Assembly (NCBI GenBank): GCA_042408215.1
Contig: JAYFMW010000001.1
Span: forward strand, 59,627-123,626
DNA length: 64,000 nucleotides
Direction of reading: 5' to 3'
Source of the DNA: Microcoleus sp.
Lineage (GTDB): Bacteria > Cyanobacteriota > Cyanobacteriia > Cyanobacteriales > Microcoleaceae
Positions 10,305 through 20,870 of this stretch are shown in pieces. Below the pieces are notes generated by a model. The model was not told the DNA's origin, did no database searches, and saw nothing but the letters and a program-made list of their open reading frames with translations. A program made the position numbers and the translations under genes. Numbering within the stretch: position 1 is the stretch's first letter; the number at the start of each line of letters is the position of its first letter.

Positions 10305-11513
10305 TTAAAGATACTGAGCTAAAGCGATCGCAGCATTCTGACCGCCAAAGCCAAAACTCAAACAAACCGCATTTCTCACTTGGGTCGATCGCACCCACCT
10401 CACAAAATCCAATTCAAACTCCGGTTTTTTCAATCCAGCGCAAGGCGGCAAGATCTGAGCCTGGATACTCATCAAACAAAAAGCTACACCCAAAGCTCCC
10501 GAAGCCCCCAAAGTATGTCCGGTAGCTCCCTTAGTCGAACTAACAGCAACTCCTCGATCAAACAACTTTTGAATCAACAGCGCTTCGTGTTTGTCATTTA
10601 ACTCCGTTGCAGTACCGTGAGCGTGAATCAAATCTAGATCGACCGCCGATAAATTACTGCGTTTCAAACATTGATTTACCGCAGCGATCGCACTTTTTCC
10701 TCCCAAGTCTGGCGCATTAACATAACAAGCATCATTTGTCAAGCCAAAACCCAAAACTCGACCGTAAATTTGAGCACCGCGACTCATTGCCAAATCCGCC
10801 GATTCTAATACAAATAAAGCCCCACCTTCGCCGAGCACAAACCCTTCCCGGCCCCGATCAAAAGGATAACAACCAGTTTTTGCCAAAGCACCCATCCGGT
10901 TAAATCCAGCCAGAGTTAGCGGTGTAATTGGCGCTTCCACAGCACCTGCAACAACACGCTGACACTGGCCCGTTTGGATTAACTCAACAGCTTGGGCGAT
11001 CGACCAAATACCCGTCGCACAAGCCGCCATCGGCGCTTTGACCGGCCCCGTCGAGCCAATTTCTCTCGCCGCCGCGATCGCCCCCATATGAGGCAAAAAA
11101 TCCAGGAATTGGGAATTGGGAATCGGGAATCGGGAATTCTCTTCCTTCTTCCATCCATCCGTTACATCCGTTACATCCGTTACAGAATCCGTTGCCGAAC
11201 TTCCCTCTTCCCTCTTCCCTCTTAGCAACTGTTCCAAATTGCCCTGAAAACCACGGCTAGAACCAATCACAATCCCACAATCAGGAATCGGCAAAGTCAA
11301 ATTAGCATCTTGCAAAGCATCTGCCAAAACCAGCCGAATTACAGTGATTAAATCCGCAGGTTTTGTGCCAATTAAAGCCAAAGGTTGCGGTTCAAGTTCT
11401 AGAAAAGGTTGATGTTGCCGAATTCCCGACTCCCCAGACAACAATCCTTTCCAGCTATTTTCCAGAGAGCCTAAAGCAGAAACAAGACCAATTCCCGTAA
11501 CAACAACATCCAC
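10305..11513 (-). CDS. Beta-ketoacyl-ACP synthase (FabF-like)
   Basis: AACATG active Cys, HAHGTAT, TKGATGHTLGA, SFGFGGQN. Confidence 0.9.
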   Translation of the reverse strand: MDVVVTGIGLVSALGSLENSWKGLLSGESGIRQHQPFLELEPQPLALIGTKPADLITVIRLVLADALQDANLTLPIPDCGIVIGSSRGFQGNLEQLLRGKREEGSSATDSVTDVTDVTDGWKKEENSRFPIPNSQFLDFLPHMGAIAAAREIGSTGPVKAPMAACATGIWSIAQAVELIQTGQCQRVVAGAVEAPITPLTLAGFNRMGALAKTGCYPFDRGREGFVLGEGGALFVLESADLAMSRGAQIYGRVLGFGLTNDACYVNAPDLGGKSAIAAVNQCLKRSNLSAVDLDLIHAHGTATELNDKHEALLIQKLFDRGVAVSSTKGATGHTLGASGALGVAFCLMSIQAQILPPCAGLKKPEFELDFVRWVRSTQVRNAVCLSFGFGGQNAAIALAQYL

Positions 11514-11684
11514 ATCTGCCCTCAGCCTCCAAAGTTTTTAGTCATTAGTCAGCAGTCATTGCAGTGCGAGCTTCTGCGCGAGCTCGCGCAGAAGCTCGCA
11601 CTTACAGCATTTCCTCGCTCGCGGGACGCTCGCACTGCAATTGTAACTAATAATGACTAATGACTAATGACTAATAACTAATGA

Positions 11685-12479
11685 CTACTGACTAACAGCC
11701 TTAAAATTTTCCAAACCCTGAGTCACAGTAGCCTTCTCAATGCGATCGCCCGCCTCAATCTGATCCACCACTTCCATCCCTTGCTTCACGTAGCCAAAAA
11801 CCGCATAGCTACCATCCAAAAACGGTAAATCGGTCAAAGTAAAATAAAACTGAGCAGAAGCCGAATCAGGAGCATTCGATCGAGCCATAGCCACAGCCCC
11901 ACGACTATGCAGCAACACAGGTTTCGCCACCACCTTAGCTTGCTCTAGCGTCGCGCTATAAGTCGGACTTGCGGCACCTTTAGCTTGAATTTCCAGAGGA
12001 ATGTAGCGTTCCTGAGCCGTTTTTGGGTCAATAAAACCCCCAGTTCCCAGTCGCGCCGTGGGAAATTTAGGGTCTTTACCCTGGGGGTCGCCGCCCTGAA
12101 CCACAAAAGGCTGAGGTTCCCGCACAACTCGGTGAAAAACCAATCCGTCGTAGACTCCCTTCTGAACCAAATCGACAAAATTTCCCGCAGTAATTGGAGC
12201 ATTTGTACCGTCAAGTTCGATCGAAATCGGCGCTCCTTTAACCGTCATCACCACCGTTGCTTTTCCTTGTAAGCGCGGCAAATTGCTAAATTGCGAACTC
12301 GCTGTTTGAACAGCACCAGACGGAGACGGGGACAAAGAAATACTTTCGGCCGACGCAGGATTCGGCGTCGGAGTAGAATTTGCAGATGGCGAACTACCGC
12401 AGCCACCTACAAAAAGCGCACCAATTATTAAAAGTGAGAACAACCACCGCTGAATTCTGATCTGCATTTTCACTTTCAC
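11685..12479 (-). CDS. Cyclophilin-type peptidyl-prolyl isomerase, lipoprotein
   Basis: [33 protein letters not shown]; lipobox VGGC. Confidence 0.9.
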   Translation of the reverse strand: MKVKMQIRIQRWLFSLLIIGALFVGGCGSSPSANSTPTPNPASAESISLSPSPSGAVQTASSQFSNLPRLQGKATVVMTVKGAPISIELDGTNAPITAGNFVDLVQKGVYDGLVFHRVVREPQPFVVQGGDPQGKDPKFPTARLGTGGFIDPKTAQERYIPLEIQAKGAASPTYSATLEQAKVVAKPVLLHSRGAVAMARSNAPDSASAQFYFTLTDLPFLDGSYAVFGYVKQGMEVVDQIEAGDRIEKATVTQGLENFKAVSQ

Positions 12480-12685
12480 TCACTTAGAAACTTTGCAACT
12501 AGAGATTTTTATGAGAAATTTAGAAATTGGTAACGAGCAAAACTCTTTAGTCCCCCTTTTTAAGGGGGATTTAGGGGGATCGAGACTTAGATACAAACGA
12601 GAGAGAAAGAGGGTTTCAGTCTTAAGTTGACAAGCCAGGAGTACAGCTTACCAATCCCAAATCCCCAATCCCCAATCCCAAATCC

Positions 12686-13252
12686 TTAAAGTCCTTCCAA
12701 AGGAACTTGCAAAAATCTAGCCAATTGAGCAGCTTGATTTTCCACCTCAGACAAAGCCAGCGGCTGTCCGACCCTAGTCAGAGGAAACTGACGGCGGTCT
12801 TTGAGCTTCAGATAGATACTGCGGCGGGGACTCAGCCCTTCTTTGATGTCTACCCGCACAGATTGAACGTCCGATGTCTTGCAGGTAAAATCTATCTTGC
12901 GGTTTTTGCCAGGAAAACCCCAGCGAAAGATGCGAATGCTTCCGGTTTCGCGATCGAACTCATTGTAGCCGCCGCCGAGATCCCAGAGAACGGTCAGCCA
13001 CAAGTAAAGCCCCAAAAGCAGCGCACAGACACCGTAGAACCCCATCGCGATGCCTTGGGGGATAAAAATGAGCTGAGTCGGGTCAGCAAACGGCAGCAGG
13101 TTTTTGTGCAAATAGCTGGAAATGCTCGACAGCAGGAAGCCAGTCCCTCCAATGCTGACAATAGTCGCCCACCAGTAGTTGCTGAAGCGGCGGGAGCCCA
13201 AAACCTGCAGGTGCATTACGCGATCGATCGAATTTGTTGTTTGTGCAGTCAT
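12686..13252 (-). CDS. ycf4: Photosystem I assembly protein Ycf4
   Basis: GSRRFSNYWWA, FIPQGIAMGFYG, FRWGFPGKNR. Confidence 0.97.
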   Translation of the reverse strand: MTAQTTNSIDRVMHLQVLGSRRFSNYWWATIVSIGGTGFLLSSISSYLHKNLLPFADPTQLIFIPQGIAMGFYGVCALLLGLYLWLTVLWDLGGGYNEFDRETGSIRIFRWGFPGKNRKIDFTCKTSDVQSVRVDIKEGLSPRRSIYLKLKDRRQFPLTRVGQPLALSEVENQAAQLARFLQVPLEGL

Positions 13253-13470
13253 AAATTCAAAAGCCTTAAAGCCAAATCTTAATTCAACTACCGATCGAGT
13301 TGAAAATTTGTGAACTTCTAATATATAGTTATGTTAACTTTAATTAGAACCGCCGGGAAGTCCCCACCTATACGAATGTTAGGTGGGGACAGGTGGCGGG
13401 ACGACGAAAACACCCCCGACTAAGATCAACGAAACCTTAGCCTGTTAATAAGCAAGAGGATTTTACTAAA

Positions 13471-14529
13471 ATGACAATCGCCGTCGGACGCGCCCAGAAC
13501 GAAAGAGGCATCTTTGATGTCCTCGATGACTGGCTCAAACGCGATCGCTTCGTCTTCGTAGGCTGGTCAGGCCTCCTCCTATTCCCCTGCGCCTACATGG
13601 CCATCGGTGGCTGGCTGACAGGGACCACCTTCGTCACATCCTGGTACACCCACGGTTTGGCAAGCTCCTACCTCGAAGGAGCCAACTTCCTCACCGTCGC
13701 AGTTTCCACCCCAGCCAACAGCCTCGGACACTCCCTGCTGTTCCTGTGGGGCCCCGAAGCACAGTGGGACTTCACCCGCTGGTTCCAACTCGGCGGCCTG
13801 TGGGCATTTGTCGCCCTCCACGGCGCTTTCTCTCTGATCGGCTTCTGCTTGCGTCAGATTGAAATCTCCCGTTTAGTCGGCATCCGCCCCTACAACGCCC
13901 TAGCATTCACCGGCCCCATTGCCGTGTTCGTTTCCGTGTTCCTGCTTTACCCCTTGGGTCAATCAGGCTGGTTCTTCGCCCCCAGCTTCGGCGTCGCAGC
14001 AATTTTCCGCTTCCTACTATTCCTGCAAGGCTTCCACAACTGGACGCTCAACCCCTTCCACATGATGGGAGTTGCAGGCATCTTGGGCGGTGCACTACTG
14101 TGCGCCATTCACGGTGCTACCGTGGAAAACACCTTGTTTGAAGACGGCGAAGGTGCTAACACCTTCCCCGCCTTCAACCCAACCCAGTCTGAAGAAACCT
14201 ACTCGATGGTTACAGCCAACCGCTTTTGGTCGCAAATCTTCGGAATTGCTTTCTCCAACAAGCGTTGGTTGCACTTCTTCATGCTCTTCGTGCCCGTCAC
14301 AGGCTTGTGGATGAGCTCTTTGGGCATCGTCGGTTTAGCATTAAACCTGCGGGCCTATGACTTTGTATCCCAAGAATTGCGTGCAGCAGAAGATCCTGAG
14401 TTTGAAACGTTCTACACTAAGAATATTCTGTTGAATGAAGGTATTCGCGCTTGGATGGCTCCAACGGACCAACCGCACGAAAACTTCATCTTCCCAGAAG
14501 AAGTTCTGCCTCGCGGTAACGCACTTTAA
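13471..14529 (+). CDS. psbD: Photosystem II D2 protein
   Basis: MTIAVG...[16 protein letters not shown]...[10 protein letters not shown]. Confidence 0.99.
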   Translation: MTIAVGRAQNERGIFDVLDDWLKRDRFVFVGWSGLLLFPCAYMAIGGWLTGTTFVTSWYTHGLASSYLEGANFLTVAVSTPANSLGHSLLFLWGPEAQWDFTRWFQLGGLWAFVALHGAFSLIGFCLRQIEISRLVGIRPYNALAFTGPIAVFVSVFLLYPLGQSGWFFAPSFGVAAIFRFLLFLQGFHNWTLNPFHMMGVAGILGGALLCAIHGATVENTLFEDGEGANTFPAFNPTQSEETYSMVTANRFWSQIFGIAFSNKRWLHFFMLFVPVTGLWMSSLGIVGLALNLRAYDFVSQELRAAEDPEFETFYTKNILLNEGIRAWMAPTDQPHENFIFPEEVLPRGNAL

Positions 14530-14680
14530 TAGATTCAAGATTTGGATTTAAGATTAATATTTTAATACTAAAATCCAAATCTCAAACCCTGGTGTAGTGG
14601 CGGCGCACTCGTCCCTGCCCAGGGAACAAAAAACCTGAAATCCCAAATCCCAAATCCCAAATAGATGGAGGTTATACCGC

Positions 14681-16060
14681 GTGGTAACGCTCTCTAATTC
14701 CTATGTAAGCGGTCGCGACCAAGAGTCCTCCGGGTTCGCTTGGTGGTCTGGTAACGCTCGTTTGATCAACCTTTCCGGCAAACTGCTGGGCGCCCACGTC
14801 GCTCACGCTGGCTTGATCGTTTTCTGGGCCGGAGCAATGACTTTGTTTGAAGTCGCTCACTTTATTCCAGAAAAGCCCATGTACGAACAAGGCTTAATCT
14901 TGATGCCCCACGTCGCTACCTTGGGTTGGGGCGTCGGCCCTGGCGGTGAAGTCACGGATATCTTCCCCTTCTTCGTAGTTGGCGTTCTCCACTTGATTTC
15001 ATCTGCTGTTCTCGGTTTGGGCGGCATTTATCACGCCGTTCGCGGCCCGGAAGTCCTCGAAGAATACTCTTCTTTCTTCGGCTACGACTGGAAAGACAAG
15101 AACCAGATGACCAACATCATCGGCTATCACCTGATTTTATTGGGTGGCGGTTGCTTGCTGCTGGTTGCTAAGGCCATGTTCTTCGGCGGTGTCTATGACA
15201 CCTGGGCTCCGGGCGGCGGCGACGTGCGTATTATCACGAACCCAACTCTCAACCCCGCTGTGATTTTTGGCTACTTGGTTCGCTCTCCTTTCGGTGGCGA
15301 AGGCTGGGTAGTTAGCGTCAACAACATGGAAGACATCATCGGCGGTCACATCTGGCTGGGCCTGATTTGTATCGGTGGCGGTGTTTGGCACATTTTGACC
15401 AAGCCTTTCGGCTGGGCTCGTCGCGCCTTAATCTGGTCTGGCGAAGCTTACCTGTCTTACAGCTTGGGCGCTTTGTCCCTCATGGGCTTCATCGCTTGCT
15501 GCTTTGTCTGGTTCAACAACACTGCTTACCCTAGCGAATTCTATGGCCCGACGGGCCCGGAAGCTTCTCAAGCGCAAGCTTTGACCTTCTTGATCCGCGA
15601 CCAACGCTTGGGTGCTAACGTCGGTTCTGCACAAGGCCCGACCGGTCTGGGTAAATATCTGATGCGCTCTCCTACTGGCGAAATCATTTTCGGCGGTGAA
15701 ACGATGCGTTTCTGGGATTTCCAAGGCCCTTGGTTGGAACCTTTGCGTGGTACTAACGGTTTGGATTTGAACAAAATCAAGAATGATATTCAGCCTTGGC
15801 AAGCTCGCCGCGCGGCTGAGTATATGACTCACGCTCCTTTGGGTTCTTTGAACTCTGTGGGCGGTTTGGCGACTGAAGTGAACGCATTTAACTTCACTTC
15901 TCCTCGTTCTTGGTTGTCCTGTTTCCACTTTGTGATGGGTTTCTTCTTCTTGGTCGGCCACTTGTGGCACGCGGGTCGCGCTCGCGCTGCTGTCGCTGGC
16001 TTTGAGAAGGGTATCAATCGTGAGACGGAAGCGGTACTTTCTATGCCTAACTTAGACTAA
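14681..16060 (+). CDS. psbC: Photosystem II CP43 protein
   Basis: GTG start with GGAGG upstream; [18 protein letters not shown]... Confidence 0.99.
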   Translation: MVTLSNSYVSGRDQESSGFAWWSGNARLINLSGKLLGAHVAHAGLIVFWAGAMTLFEVAHFIPEKPMYEQGLILMPHVATLGWGVGPGGEVTDIFPFFVVGVLHLISSAVLGLGGIYHAVRGPEVLEEYSSFFGYDWKDKNQMTNIIGYHLILLGGGCLLLVAKAMFFGGVYDTWAPGGGDVRIITNPTLNPAVIFGYLVRSPFGGEGWVVSVNNMEDIIGGHIWLGLICIGGGVWHILTKPFGWARRALIWSGEAYLSYSLGALSLMGFIACCFVWFNNTAYPSEFYGPTGPEASQAQALTFLIRDQRLGANVGSAQGPTGLGKYLMRSPTGEIIFGGETMRFWDFQGPWLEPLRGTNGLDLNKIKNDIQPWQARRAAEYMTHAPLGSLNSVGGLATEVNAFNFTSPRSWLSCFHFVMGFFFLVGHLWHAGRARAAVAGFEKGINRETEAVLSMPNLD

Positions 16061-16096
16061 TCGATCGCATTTATTGCTGATTTGATTGTCTGATTT

Positions 16097-16131
16097 AAAA
16101 AAGCTCCAGCTTAACGGCTGGAGCTTTTTTT
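16097..16131 (+). terminator. Intrinsic terminator after psbC
   Basis: AAAAAAGCTCCAGC-TTAACG-GCTGGAGCTTTTTTT hairpin with U tract. Confidence 0.85.
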
Positions 16132-16253
16132 GACTGCTGATTAACTGCTTAACAGCAGGAGCTTTTTTTGACTGCTGATTAACTCAGATTATGACTCTTA
16201 AAAATAGCAGCGATAGTCTATAATCACTTGGAAACAGTCAATTAAGTTGATGG

Positions 16254-17204
16254 ATGTCACTTAATATGGAATTAGCACTGCCTGATATTTCTCAAAGCTT
16301 TCAAAAGACAAAAGGATTGTTTACGGAACAAGTCGGAAAAGCAGTTAATTCTACTTCAGAAGCAACAGCACAAGCTAAATCTTCTCTCTCCGAAACTGCT
16401 GACAAGGCAAAAGAAGCTCTCACTCACACTACTAATTCTGCCGTTAATGCTGTTAATCAAGCTACGAACAATGCTTTAGGTACTGTAGCGGAGACAACTG
16501 AAAAAGCGAGGAATTCTCTATCTGAAGTCGCGAATCAAGCAGTGAATCGCGTTAGTGAAACTACCAACAAAGCTGTTGATGCTGTTTCTCACTCTGCCAC
16601 AACTGCGAAAGAAACTATTACTCAAACTACTAACTCTGCGGTCAATACTCTGAATCAAACAACTAGCCAAGCTGTAGAGAGTGTAAATCAAGCAACAGAA
16701 AAGGCTAAGGCGTCATTACAAAATAGCATTGATCGGGCTGAAAATATTAGCGGTGCGGCTTCAGATGCGATCCAAAGTGCGATCGATGCTATCGTCAAAA
16801 ATTGGATGGATTCTCATCCTGCAATCTTCTGGTTGGTGAGTCATCCGCTGATAGCGTTAGCAATGCTGCTGCTATCTATATTTATTATATTGGGTTTGTT
16901 CCAGGCTTTAGGTAGCTTTTTTGCAGAAGGATGGTTATCTATTTTGCAAATACCTGGAAAATTTATACAAGGGGTTTTCAGTGTCGGCTCTAAATCTGTA
17001 AGTAATCTCGGTGGAGTGGCTGTCAACTCATTGGTTTCAAGGAATCCGGGATTACATAATAATTCAGCTTTACAATTGAGCGGAGTTGAATCAAACAGTT
17101 TGGAGTCTCAGGAACGACTTGCTAATATTTTGACAAGGTTAGAGGCAATTCGACAAGAGCAAAATCAGCTTTTACAAGAAGTGTCGGCTATTTTAGGGAA
17201 GTAA
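16254..17204 (+). CDS. Helical 11-mer-repeat (LEA/apolipoprotein-like) membrane protein
   Basis: A/T/N/S/K-rich repeats (ETADKAKEALT, ETTEKARNSLS, QATEKAKASLQ) followed by a TM segment and C-terminal coiled coil. Confidence 0.6.
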   Translation: MSLNMELALPDISQSFQKTKGLFTEQVGKAVNSTSEATAQAKSSLSETADKAKEALTHTTNSAVNAVNQATNNALGTVAETTEKARNSLSEVANQAVNRVSETTNKAVDAVSHSATTAKETITQTTNSAVNTLNQTTSQAVESVNQATEKAKASLQNSIDRAENISGAASDAIQSAIDAIVKNWMDSHPAIFWLVSHPLIALAMLLLSIFIILGLFQALGSFFAEGWLSILQIPGKFIQGVFSVGSKSVSNLGGVAVNSLVSRNPGLHNNSALQLSGVESNSLESQERLANILTRLEAIRQEQNQLLQEVSAILGK

Positions 17205-17239
17205 TTTAATGCAGAGTGAGAAGGTAAAGCCGATCGCAC

Positions 17240-17480
17240 TTATCGACTAATCGGTAAATCTATTGTCCCATTTTCGCTTTTTACAGTGCCATAAACAACA
17301 CCTAAATATTCGCGTCTGGCGGTTTTAGCCTTGAATTGAGCTTGTAAATGTTGGTGGGCAAAATCGCGATAAGTCTGGTAACTCGTTAGAAAGCCAAAGG
17401 TCTAAACGCTGAGTAAGTTTTGATTCTGTGGACTTTCCAATATCTTCAACTTCTCTAAAAATTGATGCTTCGCTTTTCAT
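17240..17480 (-). pseudogene. RluA/RluD pseudouridine synthase remnant (internally deleted, truncated)
   Basis: MKSEAS...QRLDLWLSNELPDLSR joined out of frame to DFAHQHLQAQFKAKTARREYLGVVYG...GTIDLPISR*. Confidence 0.75.
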
Positions 17481-17543
17481 ATTTAATTTACTAACTAACC
17501 ATTAACCGTTAACTGTTAACCGTTAAGTGTTAACCGTTAACCG

Positions 17544-19421
17544 TTAATCACTTTCTATTTTAACCTGCCAAGTCTCCAAAGTAGTACCAATTATTTGATC
17601 GAGATTTGTCAAGGCATTAAAGTACGCAATTCTCGCATTGAGTTCTGCATTCTTATCTTGCACTAAAGCATTCTGAGCATTTACAATATTGATAGTCCGA
17701 GAAATTCCCAAACCCAATCTTAGCTTGTCTTGCTCTATTTCTAATTGCTTCTCAGCTAACTCTCGCGACTTTTTTGCCATTTCCATTTGCTTACGATTAT
17801 AATTGATAGCTCTAATTGCATTTGTCACATCTACTTCCAGTTTTTGGTTTTGCTCCTTTAAATTATTCTCAGCTTGTAATAGACTAACACGACTGCGCTG
17901 AAAATCTCGCTCAATTCCTCTATTTCCGAATTCACGATTCAAAACCAGTCCCGCTCTCAAATCCGAGGTGCTTTCTGAAAGATTACTAGCATTATTAGTA
18001 TAACTTGCATTTACCTTTAAATCCCAGCGCCGCTTATTTTCCGCTAGTAATAAGTCATATTTAGCGCTTTCTAGTTGTAGCTGTGTTTGTAAATATTTAG
18101 GATTATTTGACATAGCTAATTGTAGGATCTTATTAAAGTCCAAAGAATTAGATTCCTCTGGAGGCGATTCCACTGCAATAATATTGATATTGCGGTCAAT
18201 GTCTAAAATTTGCAGCAGTGCTAATCTTGCCGTCTTTAGTTGATTCTCACTATCTAACACTGCTAGTTCCCGATTTGCGACATCTGTTTCATTGGTAAAA
18301 ATATCAACTTTGGCTTTTCTTCCGGCCTGAATTAAAGCCCGATCTATCTGAAATTGCCGACGGGCAATTTCCAGAGAACCTTTTGAAATTTTAACTCTTT
18401 CCTGAGCCTGAATCAAGTTTCGATAGGCTGAAATAGCTGAATTGATTGTGTTAATTAAGGTCGATTTCAAACTCAGGAGATTTCTTTTTTCATTCAGGCG
18501 AGCAATCTCAATTGGCGCTTTATTGACAGCAACTCCAGCTCCCCTTAACAGAGGTTGATTGAAATTCAACGTTAGATTTTGACTTAAAGAATCTTGGGTT
18601 TGATTCCCAACCCAGGCAAAACTTATATCTCCTCCAGTGGGAATTTTGACACTCACCTTAGCTGATAACTTGGCTTCCTCATTAATGTTGACACTTCCCC
18701 CATTCCTGAGACGAATTGCTGACACTGATAACTCTGGTGTAAAAATAGGGAGGAATTGGCCTTCTGCTACGGCTAAATCTTGTTTTTGCACTATGCGATC
18801 GAGGTATTGATTTTTGATATCTCTGTTGTTTTCCAAACCTAAAAATACCACTTCCGGTAGTGTCAGTTCAACCCCTGGTTCATCCTCTATATATTGCTGT
18901 TGAATAGTTGGCTTTGGGCTATTTTCAGGTGTTGGTTCTGCTGTTTTTTCTGGATTTGGTATAGCTTCAGGAATTACTATTAATTCTGGTTGAACTGGAG
19001 GTTTTTGAGTAGTAGAAGTTGTTAATACTTGGGAATCTGGACTGGGAGATTGGGAATTAGGAATTGGTGAGTCTTTGATTTTACTTGTTTGATTTTTCCC
19101 TTGGGATTGAGGAATAACTATTCCCGGGTTTGTAAGCGTTTTTCTCTGATTTTGGGGTTTGATTAGCGCCTGATTTTGCGGTATATTTTGGATGTGTGGG
19201 AGATATTTTTCAGTGGGAAGTGGCAGGATTTTGGGCGCGATCGCAGATTTAGAGCTCACATCAGTTTTGACTGTTGAACTAGACTTAAAAGCAACAGCAA
19301 ATATCGCCAATAGCCCACAGGTTGCAACCATAACTAGGCTAAAACGCAATATCCAAGGCATATCGTAGCGAGGAGAAGAATCGCTATTTTGGAGATCATC
19401 TTCGTTCGGATGCTCAGTCAT
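17544..19421 (-). CDS. TolC family outer-membrane efflux protein
   Basis: LTLPEVVFLGLENNRDIK, NFNQPLLRGAG, two OEP-like helical repeats. Confidence 0.88.
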   Translation of the reverse strand: MTEHPNEDDLQNSDSSPRYDMPWILRFSLVMVATCGLLAIFAVAFKSSSTVKTDVSSKSAIAPKILPLPTEKYLPHIQNIPQNQALIKPQNQRKTLTNPGIVIPQSQGKNQTSKIKDSPIPNSQSPSPDSQVLTTSTTQKPPVQPELIVIPEAIPNPEKTAEPTPENSPKPTIQQQYIEDEPGVELTLPEVVFLGLENNRDIKNQYLDRIVQKQDLAVAEGQFLPIFTPELSVSAIRLRNGGSVNINEEAKLSAKVSVKIPTGGDISFAWVGNQTQDSLSQNLTLNFNQPLLRGAGVAVNKAPIEIARLNEKRNLLSLKSTLINTINSAISAYRNLIQAQERVKISKGSLEIARRQFQIDRALIQAGRKAKVDIFTNETDVANRELAVLDSENQLKTARLALLQILDIDRNINIIAVESPPEESNSLDFNKILQLAMSNNPKYLQTQLQLESAKYDLLLAENKRRWDLKVNASYTNNASNLSESTSDLRAGLVLNREFGNRGIERDFQRSRVSLLQAENNLKEQNQKLEVDVTNAIRAINYNRKQMEMAKKSRELAEKQLEIEQDKLRLGLGISRTINIVNAQNALVQDKNAELNARIAYFNALTNLDQIIGTTLETWQVKIESD

Positions 19422-19474
19422 GCTAACTCAAGTTAGTTTTGCAAGTAAGTTTATTACGATTTCCTACGGGATAG

Positions 19475-20647
19475 CTACGCTTGACGTAGCGCTTTAACAG
19501 GATCGAGTTGGCTAGCTCGCAGAGCCGGGAAAAAACCTGCTCCCACCCCCACTGCTAATGCTGCTCCTAGAGCCAAAGCTGCTGTGTTGCTATCAAATTT
19601 ATAAGGTAACTTAAAAACATCGGCAACAACAGTTGTCAACCCATGTACCGTCACAATAGCAGCAATTCCACCTACTAAACTTAGAATAACTGCTTCTAAA
19701 ATAAACTGCAACATGATATCCCGCTGAGTAGCCCCAATCGCGCGTCTCAAACCAATTTCTGGGGTGCGTTCCATCACTGCTGCGATCGTAATATTAGCAA
19801 TCCCCACTCCTCCCACCAGCAGCGAAATTACCCCCACTGCTAAAAGTGATCGCGAAACCATTTCCAAAGTTTCTTGCTGCTCCATAATATCGTCTACATT
19901 ATTCCAAACATAAACCTTTGCCTTGGGAAAGCGCTGCTGAAAAACCTTTTTTGCCTGCTTTTCCATCCCTTTCATATCTTTAAGATTGTAAGGGCGCACC
20001 ACAATTGAGTCAATCCCCTGGCTACCTGTCATTGCTTTGTAAACCGACATCGACACCCACATTTCACCTTTAGGTTCCCCAAAAAGGCCTTCCTTGCTCT
20101 CCATTACGCCGATAACAATGTAAGGTCTGCCTTCAGCATAAATGCGCTGACGTAAAGGTTTTGTGCCACCTTTAAAAAGTTGTGTCGCCAGCATTTCATC
20201 AATTACTACGACAGGTCGATAGTTAGCAAAATCATTAGGGGAAAAAAAACGCCCCGCTATTAATCGCCGCCCCGATGTCTTTAAATGATCTTGAGAAACA
20301 GCGGCCATATTAGGTTTCGCTTCCACGGCCTGAAACACAACTTTTTCGTTATAATAACCAAACGAACTTGCTGCGCTAATCGCCTGAATTCCATTCAGCC
20401 GATGCCGCCAAAATTCCATATCTTCTAACTTTAACATCACCTCATCCCACATGATGTAAATTTGAGGTGCTTCTCGCTTGGCTAGTTGTTCACTAATTAC
20501 GGCGTGACTAATATTGCCCACTTGCAGCGTTGCGCTGACCGCAGCTACACCCATAAAAACTCCGACTGTAGTTAGGGAAGACCGCAAAAGATTGCCACTG
20601 AGGGAAATGCAAGTAAGGCGGATTAGGTCAACAAGAGAAAGGCTCAT
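19475..20647 (-). CDS. MacB/FtsX-type ABC permease (copy 2)
   Basis: RSSLTTVGVFMGV, LLVGGVGIANI, ERTPEIGLRRAIGA, LDPVKALR; no NBD. Confidence 0.92.
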   Translation of the reverse strand: MSLSLVDLIRLTCISLSGNLLRSSLTTVGVFMGVAAVSATLQVGNISHAVISEQLAKREAPQIYIMWDEVMLKLEDMEFWRHRLNGIQAISAASSFGYYNEKVVFQAVEAKPNMAAVSQDHLKTSGRRLIAGRFFSPNDFANYRPVVVIDEMLATQLFKGGTKPLRQRIYAEGRPYIVIGVMESKEGLFGEPKGEMWVSMSVYKAMTGSQGIDSIVVRPYNLKDMKGMEKQAKKVFQQRFPKAKVYVWNNVDDIMEQQETLEMVSRSLLAVGVISLLVGGVGIANITIAAVMERTPEIGLRRAIGATQRDIMLQFILEAVILSLVGGIAAIVTVHGLTTVVADVFKLPYKFDSNTAALALGAALAVGVGAGFFPALRASQLDPVKALRQA

Positions 20648-20870
20648 TGATAGTTTAAGTAGGTAGGTGCAAATAAACCTTTAATAATGCTCTCGATAGC
20701 TAAGTAGGGACACGGCAATGCCCTGTCCCTACTATCATGTCATTGCGAGGAGTTGCGAGGCGTTGCAGGCCCGCGCCAACTAAACTAATCCCAAGCCTTT
20801 GCGATCGCTTCCTACCTCGCAATGACACACAATATAGCAGGGTAGGGACACGGCAATGCCCTGTCCCTAC

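Noticed and set aside
12707..13282. 191-aa antisense ORF over ycf4, and similar shadow ORFs over psbC, pstS-like and others
   Set aside because: Antisense shadows of well-supported genes with no domain signal
20704..20870. Direct repeat TAGGGACACGGCAATGCCCTGTCCCTACT between the permeases as a recombination site
   Set aside because: Member of a dispersed REP-like family seen elsewhere in the window; no recombinase nearby
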